64,000 nt of DNA from Polyangiales bacterium (GTDB taxonomy: Bacteria > Myxococcota_A > Polyangia > Polyangiales > Polyangiaceae). The DNA lies in the NCBI GenBank assembly GCA_038231275.1, contig JBBRLQ010000026.1:32001-96000 (forward strand), given 5' to 3'. The position numbers were made by a program, and so were the translations under genes. Every line of letters begins with the position of its first letter. The first letter of the stretch is position 1. The notes beneath the pieces were generated by a model that was not told where the DNA came from, did not search any database, and saw nothing but the letters and a program-made list of their open reading frames with translations. Shown here piece by piece: positions 56,627-64,000 of the stretch.

Positions 56627-59161
56627 TTACGTCTTCGCGACGACGATCTTCGTCGGCGAGGCTGCGTTCAGAGGGACGACGCGGCCGGGAGACGCGTCGG
56701 TGCGGAGGCCGTGCAGCGTGACGGTGCGCTCGCCGCCCGGCTCGACGTGGAAGAACTCGTCGTCGGCGACGAATCCGCGCGCGTCGAAGGCGACGGCGAG
56801 CGCGAGCCTCTTGGCGCGCACGGTGACACGCCACGTCTCCGCGGGTCCCGGCGTCGCCACCGCCTCGACGCCGAGGTCTGCCGCCCGCGCGTGCGGGGTG
56901 CCGCACGGGAAATGGAACGCGCGCCCGATGCACGCCCCGTCCTTCCGATCGACGAGGGTGCCGACGACGAGATCGTGTCCTGGCGGACCGAAGCGGTACG
57001 CGTAGGTCGTGTCGACGAAGCGCCCGAGGACGGAGTCGGCAGAGATGGCGGTCACGCCGCGCGCCGGGACGGCCACCGGCGCGGCGCCTTCGACGACGCG
57101 TACATCGCCCCGGTAGAGCGTGACGCGCACCTCCGTGTCGAGCGCCACGGGGCCGTCGTTGACGGCGTGGAACGTGAGGCCGTTGAGGCCTTCGTCGGTC
57201 GCGAGGAGGGCCACCGGCGCGAACGCACGCGCGAGGTAGTGGTACGCCGCCTTGGGACGCCCGTTCGCGTCGACGACGCCCCACCCCGCCCCCGCCCAAA
57301 GGTCACGGAGGAGCCAGACCAGCGCACCTTTGCACTCCGAGCCCGCGCGTCGAAACTCCGAGATCGTCGCGAGCATCGCCTCGCCGGTGACGACGCGCCC
57401 GAGCTCGAGGTAGCGCGCGACGTCGGCGGCCCGAAGCAGCGCCGGATCGACGCCGAAGAGTCGGCCGAGGTAGTGATCGCGAACGTCCTCGAAATCCCAC
57501 GAGGCGCCGCGATCGCGCGGGACGCGGGCCTTCCATCGCGGGTGGTTCGGAGGAGACTCACCGTCGCGGAGGAGGCCCTCGATCGTCTCGTCGCACGGGA
57601 CGTTCGCGAACGCGAGGCACTCGGCGGTGAAGCGCACGCGAGATCGTCGCGCGTCTTCGAGCGGCCGCAAGTACGCGCCGACGCCGTAGTAATGCGACAC
57701 CCCCTCGTCGACGCGGAACGGCAGCGCCCCGCCCTCCGGTGTGCTCGCCACGTAGGGAACGTCGGGACGCGCCGCGCGCGCGACGGCCGGCAAGAGCTCG
57801 TCGAAGAGCGGACCGGACCACTCCTTCTCCGGCAGGCCGAGCATCGCGGCCTGCTGCGCGACCTCGCTGTTTCCGCAAAAAATTGCCAGGCTGGGCGAGA
57901 GCTGGAGCCGGCTCGCGAGCTGCGTCGCCTCGGCGCGAACGGACGCAGCGAACGCCTCGTCGGCGATCGGGTAGTCCATGTTGGCGAACATGAAGTCCTG
58001 CCACACCATGATGCCGAGCTCGTCGCAGAGATCGTGGAAGGTCTCGGGCGCGTAGCCCATCGTGCCGCCGACGCGGAGCATGTTCATCCCTGCGCGCGCG
58101 GCCATCGTGAGCGCGGCGCGCAGATCCTGGAGATCGTCGCCGTCGGTGATCCCGACGAGGTCGAGCGGCGTCCAGACGGCCCCTCGCGCGAAGACGTCCA
58201 CCCCGTTGACGCGAACGCCGAAGCCGCCGCCCTCGCGATCGAGCGTGATCGTACGAAAGCCGGTCCTGCCGAGGTCCATCTTCACGTCGCCGCGATCGGT
58301 GTGGGCGACGACGACGACGTCGTGGAGCGTCGGCGCACCGTGGGTCGCCGGCCACCAGAGCGCGACGTCGGGGATCGTGAGCGTGCCGCGCGCGACGACG
58401 GCGCCGTCCGCCTGCGATTCGGTGACCAGCTCCGTGACCGCGGCCCCGACGGCGAGCGATACGCTGCGAATGAGCGCGGGTCCGACGGTCGCGAGACGGA
58501 GCGCGATGTCCAAGGCGCCGTCGCGACCCTCTACGCGCGTCCTCGCGTCGGCAGAGAGCACGCATACACGCCCGCGCCGCTCGACGGCGATCGCGCGGTA
58601 GGGCCCGACCGGCGCGACCGGCGGCGACCACGCCGGGATGCGCCCGAGGAGCGCCGTTCGAATCCAGCGAAGCTGCTGCTGCGCCACGATCTGCGCGCGC
58701 CACCGCGGCCGCGGGCGGCGCTTCTTCAGCTCCTCGGTGATCGACGCGAACCGCAGGACGAGCTCGCCCGGGCCGCCGTGGCCAGTCACGTCGACGTCGT
58801 GCGCGAGGAACATGTTGTCGGAGCGAAGGACGTGCGCGCCGTCGAGCCACACGTCCGCGAGCGTCGCGAGGCCGTCGAAGCGGAGGATCACCTTCTCGTC
58901 GGCCTCGCGCGGCGTGAGGTCGACCTTCGCGCGAAACCACCAGTCGCTCTCGTCGAAGTCGCGCCCGTCGTCGAGGCTCCACGCCTTCGCGGCCGCGAGC
59001 GCGCTCGCCGCGGTGCCCGGCACTCGCGCGTCGAACCAGCGCGCGCTCGCGGCCTCGAGCCCCGCCGGATCGCTCACGGAGCCCGCCGCAAGCGCGGCGC
59101 ACGACCATCCGCCCGAAAGCGTGGTCACCAGGGTCCCGTCGATCGCGCGGACCTTGGCCAT
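56627..59161 (-). CDS. Glycoside hydrolase family 2 (beta-mannosidase-like), no signal peptide
   Basis: FDGLAT, SDNMF, WWP..HG, NMLRVGG, CDELGIMVWQDFMFAN, CGNSE, RFTAEC. Confidence 0.9.
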   Translation of the reverse strand: MAKVRAIDGTLVTTLSGGWSCAALAAGSVSDPAGLEAASARWFDARVPGTAASALAAAKAWSLDDGRDFDESDWWFRAKVDLTPREADEKVILRFDGLATLADVWLDGAHVLRSDNMFLAHDVDVTGHGGPGELVLRFASITEELKKRRPRPRWRAQIVAQQQLRWIRTALLGRIPAWSPPVAPVGPYRAIAVERRGRVCVLSADARTRVEGRDGALDIALRLATVGPALIRSVSLAVGAAVTELVTESQADGAVVARGTLTIPDVALWWPATHGAPTLHDVVVVAHTDRGDVKMDLGRTGFRTITLDREGGGFGVRVNGVDVFARGAVWTPLDLVGITDGDDLQDLRAALTMAARAGMNMLRVGGTMGYAPETFHDLCDELGIMVWQDFMFANMDYPIADEAFAASVRAEATQLASRLQLSPSLAIFCGNSEVAQQAAMLGLPEKEWSGPLFDELLPAVARAARPDVPYVASTPEGGALPFRVDEGVSHYYGVGAYLRPLEDARRSRVRFTAECLAFANVPCDETIEGLLRDGESPPNHPRWKARVPRDRGASWDFEDVRDHYLGRLFGVDPALLRAADVARYLELGRVVTGEAMLATISEFRRAGSECKGALVWLLRDLWAGAGWGVVDANGRPKAAYHYLARAFAPVALLATDEGLNGLTFHAVNDGPVALDTEVRVTLYRGDVRVVEGAAPVAVPARGVTAISADSVLGRFVDTTYAYRFGPPGHDLVVGTLVDRKDGACIGRAFHFPCGTPHARAADLGVEAVATPGPAETWRVTVRAKRLALAVAFDARGFVADDEFFHVEPGGERTVTLHGLRTDASPGRVVPLNAASPTKIVVAKT

Positions 59162-60144
59162 CAGACCTGGTAGCGCCGGGCGAGCGCCGAGACGCCAACC
59201 TCCCACGCGCGCTCGAGGTCCGACAGCATCGGCCCCAGATCGACGACCTTCTTCGCGCCGACCGCGCGCGCGGTCTTCAAGATGAGCGATTTACTCGTGT
59301 CGGAGATCGCCATGAACGCCTTCGCGCTCTCCTCCAGGCCGCCCTCACCGCGCTCGCCGAGCCACCGCAGGTAGAGCGCCGCGAGCTCGAACGCAGAGCC
59401 GAGCTGCCGGATCGTGGCGAACGCGTACACGTGGTACGCGCCGAGCCCCTCCCCCTTGAGCCGCTCGACGTCCTCCTTGAACCGCGCTGAGAAGCGCGCG
59501 AGCGGGTTGTCGTCGGGCCGACGCGCGAGGTGCTTTTGCAAGAGCTCCACCGAGCGGCGCGTAAGATCCGCCGGATCGCGAAGAACGACCCGCGCGGTGC
59601 GGACGAACTCCGCGAAGAACGGCATGAACGTCGGATCGGCCGGCGCGCCCAGTCGAAACAGGCTCACGAAGTCCTCGCCTGCGAGCGCGTGGTAGCTGCT
59701 GTTGTGGAAATACCCGAGCGTGCGCGCCTCGACGTCGATCTCCTGGATGCCGATCGTCGTCTTCGTGTGCTGCGTTCGGTAGTCGGTTCCCACGGTGTCG
59801 GGCAAATAGAACGCGTCGGCCTCCGCCAGGACGAGCTTGCCGCCGCGGAGCATCTCTTGCGCGTTGTCGATGAGCGGGCGGTAGACGTTGAGCTCTTGGA
59901 TGTCGAGGCCGTAGAGCGCCGTCAGGTCCTCGTGCGGCGGCTTGAAGAAAGTGAATTGATCGCCCTCCCAGTCGAGCCCCATCAAGAACCCGAGGCACGC
60001 GTGCGGATCGCAGCCGAGCGCGTGCAGGACCTCGATCCACACGTCGATGTAGCAGTTCGACTCGCCCCACGCGCGCGTCGGGCCGTGGAGCGCGTGCGGC
60101 ACGTATGCCTTCGCGTCGATCGACCGGAGCGCGGCGACCTTCAC
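59161..60144 (-). CDS. DUF1839 family protein
   Basis: WGESNCYIDVWIEVLH, DWEGDQFTFFK, DAFYLPDT, YAFATIRQLG; coupled to both neighbours. Confidence 0.85.
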   Translation of the reverse strand: MKVAALRSIDAKAYVPHALHGPTRAWGESNCYIDVWIEVLHALGCDPHACLGFLMGLDWEGDQFTFFKPPHEDLTALYGLDIQELNVYRPLIDNAQEMLRGGKLVLAEADAFYLPDTVGTDYRTQHTKTTIGIQEIDVEARTLGYFHNSSYHALAGEDFVSLFRLGAPADPTFMPFFAEFVRTARVVLRDPADLTRRSVELLQKHLARRPDDNPLARFSARFKEDVERLKGEGLGAYHVYAFATIRQLGSAFELAALYLRWLGERGEGGLEESAKAFMAISDTSKSLILKTARAVGAKKVVDLGPMLSDLERAWEVGVSALARRYQV

Positions 60145-61052
60145 GGCCAGAGCTTCTCCCGGACCGCCGCCGGCCACGTCTTCGGATCGAAACCGTGGTG
60201 CTTGAAGAGCGCCATGCACACGCGCTCCATCCCGAAGCCGAGGCACGCGGTGTTGGCGAGCTTGCCGTCGGCGGTCTTGATGTCGAAGATCTTGCCGAAG
60301 TGATCCTGGTGCCAGTTGAAGGAGCACACCGCGGTGGGCTTCTCTTCGGAGATGACGGGGATGGTGACCTCGAATTTGAGCTGCTGCTCGCGCTGCGTCG
60401 CCGCGAGCATGCGGCCGCCGCGGCCGAAGAACGGATCGTTCGCGACCTCCGGCTTCGCGGGGAGGCCGAGGGCGCGCATGATCGTGACGCCGCGCTCGAG
60501 CCACATGTCACGCCACGCGACGACCACCTCCGGCGCGCCGACCCGCACGAACTCGCGGACGCGGAAGGCCTGCATGCGCGTCGGCTCGGTCGACGGCTCG
60601 TTGCGGAAGACCCAGTTCTGCATGTCGACGAGTCGCCCCGCCGGGCCGAGCGTGCCTGTGAAGCTCGGATAGACGGGGTAGCAAGCGGCGGGCGTCAGCA
60701 CCACGTCGGTCATCGTCTGGAGCGCGCTCCACGACTCACCGGCGTGGACGCGCGACGCGAGCTCCGCGTGCTCCTTCTCTTTGCCGGCGAACGAGAAGAC
60801 CGTGCCGGCCAGCTGCGGGAACGAGTCCAGGAACTCGCTCTTTTCGAGCACCTTGCGATCTAGCGTCGGCGGAAAGAGCATCTGCTCGGCGCCGTCGTCC
60901 TTCGCGACGCGCGAGACGTAGTCGTCGAAGTGACGGAGCACGTCCTCGAAGACGGCGTTTCGCCCGAAAATTCCCGGCACGCCGACCGGGATGATGAGCC
61001 CCGACTGGACCAGCCCGTCGTAGAGCTCCTGCGAGGAGTACGTCACGCCCAT
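60141..61052 (-). CDS. Amino acid:[carrier protein] ligase (truncated atypical SerRS homolog)
   Basis: 303 aa with no tRNA-binding domain; TPAACYP, FRNEP, F..RE, SFNWHQDHFG, TACLGFGMER. Confidence 0.93.
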   Translation of the reverse strand: MGVTYSSQELYDGLVQSGLIIPVGVPGIFGRNAVFEDVLRHFDDYVSRVAKDDGAEQMLFPPTLDRKVLEKSEFLDSFPQLAGTVFSFAGKEKEHAELASRVHAGESWSALQTMTDVVLTPAACYPVYPSFTGTLGPAGRLVDMQNWVFRNEPSTEPTRMQAFRVREFVRVGAPEVVVAWRDMWLERGVTIMRALGLPAKPEVANDPFFGRGGRMLAATQREQQLKFEVTIPVISEEKPTAVCSFNWHQDHFGKIFDIKTADGKLANTACLGFGMERVCMALFKHHGFDPKTWPAAVREKLWP

Positions 61053-61067
61053 GAAGGTTCGCCTCGT

Positions 61068-62246
61068 TCAGTCGTCCTTGAGGACGAGCAACATCGACGC
61101 GTTCGTCGACAGGATGCGATCGTTGCCCACCATGAGCGCCGCGGAGAGCGCGTCGCGGAGGTGACGGCCGACCGAGAATTTAGAGTCGTTCTTGTAGCCC
61201 ATGATTCCGCAAATCTGGAGCGCGTGGTGGACGATCTGCGACGCCATCTGCGACGACGAGACCTTCAGGTTGTTCATCTTCAGCGCAAAGGCGATCGACG
61301 ACAGACTCTTGGTGCCCTGCTCGTCGTCTTTCATGAGCGCCTCGCACTCGCTCGCCACGTCGTGCGCGTTGGTGCGCATCGACTGGAGCATGCTCGAGAC
61401 CTCGGCCAAGCGGAGCGCGCTGGGAGGGACGGTGCCGGGTTTGGCGCGCGCTTGCTGGCGCACGAACGCGCGCGCGCGCCGCACCGCGCCCATCGATATG
61501 CCGAGCCACACGTTCGACCACAAGACGTGGCTGAACGGCACCTGCGTCTCGCTCGCGACGTCGGAGAACGGCGTCGTGAAAATCTGACCATCCTCCCCCT
61601 TCGATTGGAGCATGAACGGCGGGCTGCAGGTGCCGCGCATGCCGAGCGTGTCCCAAACGCCTTTCTGGGTGAGCGTGACGTCCTTCTTCCTGACGAGGAC
61701 GAAGATCTGATCGTTCGGGGGCGAGTCGGGGCCCCGCCGCGCCTGGAAAAGGATGTCGTCGGCCTGCGCGCCGTAAGAAATCGTCGTGCAGTCCTTGTCG
61801 AGGGTGAAGCGCCCGGCGCCGTCGTGCGCCACCGCGCATTTGCTGGTGCGCATCTCTCCGCCGATGCCGGCCTCGCTCGTCGCCGAGGCGATCAGGATCT
61901 GCTCGCGGACCAGATCGCCGACGTACTTCTGGTAGTACGGCTGTCCCATCGCGTGGCGAAGGATGCTCGCCACCTGGATGTGGTGCATCGCGAAGACCAT
62001 CGCCGCGGACGCGCAGTGCTGGCCGAGCGCCTCGCACATCGCGGCGAGCTCGATCATCCCGCACCCGAGCCCGCCTTGCTCGCGCGGGACGAGCGCGCTC
62101 ATCATACGCGCCTTCTTGAGCGCCTCGATCGCTTCGGTCGGGAAGCGCGCGTCGCGATCGACGGCGTCGGCGGCGGGGCCCGCGATCTCCTCAGCGAGGC
62201 GCTGGACGATCTCGACCGACGACGAGCGGGTCTCCTGGGCTTGCAT
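61068..62246 (-). CDS. Acyl-CoA (acyl-ACP) dehydrogenase family protein
   Basis: VDRDARFP, VPREQGG.G, ATSE, LGMRGT, ALQICGIMGY, RHLRD. Confidence 0.92.
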   Translation of the reverse strand: MQAQETRSSSVEIVQRLAEEIAGPAADAVDRDARFPTEAIEALKKARMMSALVPREQGGLGCGMIELAAMCEALGQHCASAAMVFAMHHIQVASILRHAMGQPYYQKYVGDLVREQILIASATSEAGIGGEMRTSKCAVAHDGAGRFTLDKDCTTISYGAQADDILFQARRGPDSPPNDQIFVLVRKKDVTLTQKGVWDTLGMRGTCSPPFMLQSKGEDGQIFTTPFSDVASETQVPFSHVLWSNVWLGISMGAVRRARAFVRQQARAKPGTVPPSALRLAEVSSMLQSMRTNAHDVASECEALMKDDEQGTKSLSSIAFALKMNNLKVSSSQMASQIVHHALQICGIMGYKNDSKFSVGRHLRDALSAALMVGNDRILSTNASMLLVLKDD

Positions 62247-62270
62247 GATTCGTGCGTTCCCTGCTTCCGC

Positions 62271-62513
62271 TCAGCGGTCCTTGGTCAGCTCTTCGATCGC
62301 CGCCCGGATGGCGGCGACGCTCTCGAACACCCCGCGGCGCAGCATGCGATCGGGGAACTCCACGTCGAACGTCCCCTCGAGCGCGAGCATCACGTTGACG
62401 CTGGCGTGCGACGTCATCCCCGACTGGTAGAGATCGCCGTCGTCGGCGAGGGCGTCGACGTCGACCGCCAGGCGACCGTGCTCCTTCAGGATGGCGCGAA
62501 TCTGATCGTTCAT
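62271..62513 (-). CDS. Carrier protein 2 (likely cognate of the aa:CP ligase)
   Basis: 80 aa; DLYQSGMTSHASV Ser site; FDVEFPD. Confidence 0.92.
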   Translation of the reverse strand: MNDQIRAILKEHGRLAVDVDALADDGDLYQSGMTSHASVNVMLALEGTFDVEFPDRMLRRGVFESVAAIRAAIEELTKDR

Positions 62514-62950
62514 GGGCGATGGGCTCCGGGCTTGCGTGCGCGCGTAGAGAGGCGGCTCGTCGTGGAACGTTCACGCTCGCCCATGACGACGGCGATGGCG
62601 AGGTTCCCCTGGTGGCTGATGGACACTTCGAGAGACCGCGCGCCCGCACGCCGCGCCGCACGCTCCGCCGCGCCCGACAGCGCCACGCCACACGCGCCGT
62701 CGGCAGCCTTCGTCACCTCGATGGATCGAGGATCGACGCCGACGTCGCTCGCACGGAGGGCCTTGATCGTCGCCTCTTTCACGGCGAAGCGGCCCGCGAG
62801 GCGACGCGCCGTCTCGGGAGGCGCTGCCATCGCGTACGCGATTTCTGCCGGCGTGTAGATGCGGGAGAGGTACCGGTCCCCGAAGGTCCGCATCGCATCC
62901 TCGACCTCGCGTACGTCCACCAAGTCGGTTCCGAGCAAGACCCCTCGCAT
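62510..62950 (-). CDS. acpS: Holo-ACP synthase (AcpS-type PPTase)
   Basis: GTDLV, RFAVKEATIKAL, VSISH; ATGA overlap with the carrier gene. Confidence 0.92.
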   Translation of the reverse strand: MRGVLLGTDLVDVREVEDAMRTFGDRYLSRIYTPAEIAYAMAAPPETARRLAGRFAVKEATIKALRASDVGVDPRSIEVTKAADGACGVALSGAAERAARRAGARSLEVSISHQGNLAIAVVMGERERSTTSRLSTRARKPGAHRP

Positions 62951-62995
62951 GGTGCGTTCTCGAACACGATACCACGCTGCACCAACCTTGAGCCC

Positions 62996-63757
62996 TTACT
63001 TACGCGACGCGCCGCGCAGCAAAATCCACGCGAATTTCGGATCGCGCACCAGGTACCGGCGCCAGAGGCGACGCGGCTCTCGCCCGAGGCGGTAGGCCCA
63101 CTCGAGGCCGTTCTTCGACATCCACGCCGGCGCGCGCGGGATGGTTCCGGCGACGAAATCGATCGACGCACCGAGGCCGAGGAGCACCGCGGGCGCGAGC
63201 GCCTCCTTGGACTCGTGGATGAAGAGCTCCTGCTTCGGCGCGCCAAGGCCTACGACGACGATCTCCGGCGCGGCCCGCTTCACCGCCTCACGGATCGCGT
63301 CGCGACGTTCGAACGGCTCGCGCATGTCGACCCGCGGCGCGAGCGTGCCCACGATCGCGATGCCGGGGAGAGTCTTCTCGAGCTCCTGCTGCGCCCGCGC
63401 CGCGACCCCGTCTCCGCCCCCGAGGAGGAACACGCGCCATTTGCGCGACGCCGCACGACGGAGCAGCGGCATGACCAGATCGGATCCCGACACCTTCTCC
63501 GGCAACGGCCTGCCGAGGAGGCGCGACGCCCACAGCACCGGCATCCCATCGGCGACCGAGAGGCTGGCCGCCTCGTAGGCCGCGCGCATCGCCGGATTCT
63601 CGGAGTATTCGACGACGTGATCGACGTTGGGCGTGAAGACCGAGCCGCCTTTCTTCGCGACGACGAGCGCGTCGATCGCGTCGACGGTCTCCGCCAACGT
63701 GAGCGCGTCGATGGGAACGCCGCCGACGCGCACGCGCGAATGAAGGGCGGACACCAC
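62996..63757 (-). CDS. WecB/TagA/CpsF (GT26) glycosyltransferase
   Basis: TPNVDH, ADGMP, GSDL, GLGAPKQE, RAP.W...GLEW.YRL..EPRRL. Confidence 0.93.
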   Translation of the reverse strand: MVSALHSRVRVGGVPIDALTLAETVDAIDALVVAKKGGSVFTPNVDHVVEYSENPAMRAAYEAASLSVADGMPVLWASRLLGRPLPEKVSGSDLVMPLLRRAASRKWRVFLLGGGDGVAARAQQELEKTLPGIAIVGTLAPRVDMREPFERRDAIREAVKRAAPEIVVVGLGAPKQELFIHESKEALAPAVLLGLGASIDFVAGTIPRAPAWMSKNGLEWAYRLGREPRRLWRRYLVRDPKFAWILLRGASRK

Positions 63758-63763
63758 GGGCGG

Positions 63764-64000
63764 CTATTTCTCGAGAGGGCCCGCGATCGGTCGGGCCAGG
63801 CGCAGGTCCACGACCGTGATCGACCACGGCGGAAGGACCGTGTCGGTGGACGACGGCGCGGCATCCCCGCGCTCGGGGGCGACCGCGGTGAGCGTCCGTG
63901 CCCCCCGCGCGAGGACGTACGTGCTCATCGACGTGACCGCGCCGCACGTGTCGAGCCCGAGCTTCGCGAGCACCGCCTCGTCCGGGGACTGGTTGACCGC
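63764..64000 (-). CDS. C-terminal fragment, possibly the beta-sandwich tail of a glycoside hydrolase (5'-partial)
   Basis: Frame open to the window edge: AVNQSPDEAV...LPPWSITVVDL, resembling the C-terminal domains of GH44/GH51-type enzymes. Confidence 0.45.
   Translation of the reverse strand, partial: AVNQSPDEAVLAKLGLDTCGAVTSMSTYVLARGARTLTAVAPERGDAAPSSTDTVLPPWSITVVDLRLARPIAGPLEK

Noticed and set aside
60141..61052. Seryl-tRNA synthetase (serS)
   Set aside because: Too short, lacks a tRNA-binding domain, and sits with an ACP and AcpS.
33571..62950. Classical PKS/NRPS or lasso-peptide cluster
   Set aside because: No KS, condensation or TE modules. Both AsnBs keep the Cys-initiated glutaminase domain, and no precursor peptide or B protein is visible.

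Overview
High-GC bacterial DNA, very probably from a myxobacterium (Polyangiales/Labilithrix-like). This rests on a MYXO-CTERM protein, an AgmX/PglI-like domain and many Cys/Pro-rich lipoproteins with DAG linkers. No rRNA, tRNA, CRISPR array or mobile element was seen. The left half (1-33 kb) is an accessory mosaic: an M4 protease lipoprotein, a KaiC-like ATPase coupled to a REC-Cys4-REC protein, a BlaI/M56 pair with its operator, a DUF1906 MYXO-CTERM protein, a FAD-oxidoreductase/acetoacetate-decarboxylase-like fusion, a diheme lipoprotein, tex, an ABC1 kinase and a PilZ pair. The right half (33.5-64 kb) is a large Wzx-type exopolysaccharide locus that runs off the right edge: priming transferase, flippase, GT2/GT4/WecB glycosyltransferases, acyl- and methyltransferases. 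It embeds two separate carrier-protein cassettes. Cassette 1 is NadE-like + AsnB + AMP-ligase + N-terminally short HemK-like methyltransferase + ACP. Cassette 2 is AcpS + ACP + acyl-CoA dehydrogenase + SerRS-like amino acid:[carrier protein] ligase + DUF1839 + cytoplasmic GH2. A second AsnB and a fused double alpha/beta-hydrolase also lie in the locus. The lead hypothesis, which is inference, is a thiotemplated assembly line that builds amino-acid-derived acyl or amide groups and transfers them onto the polysaccharide in the cytoplasm. All family calls come from motif recognition by eye; no searches were run.
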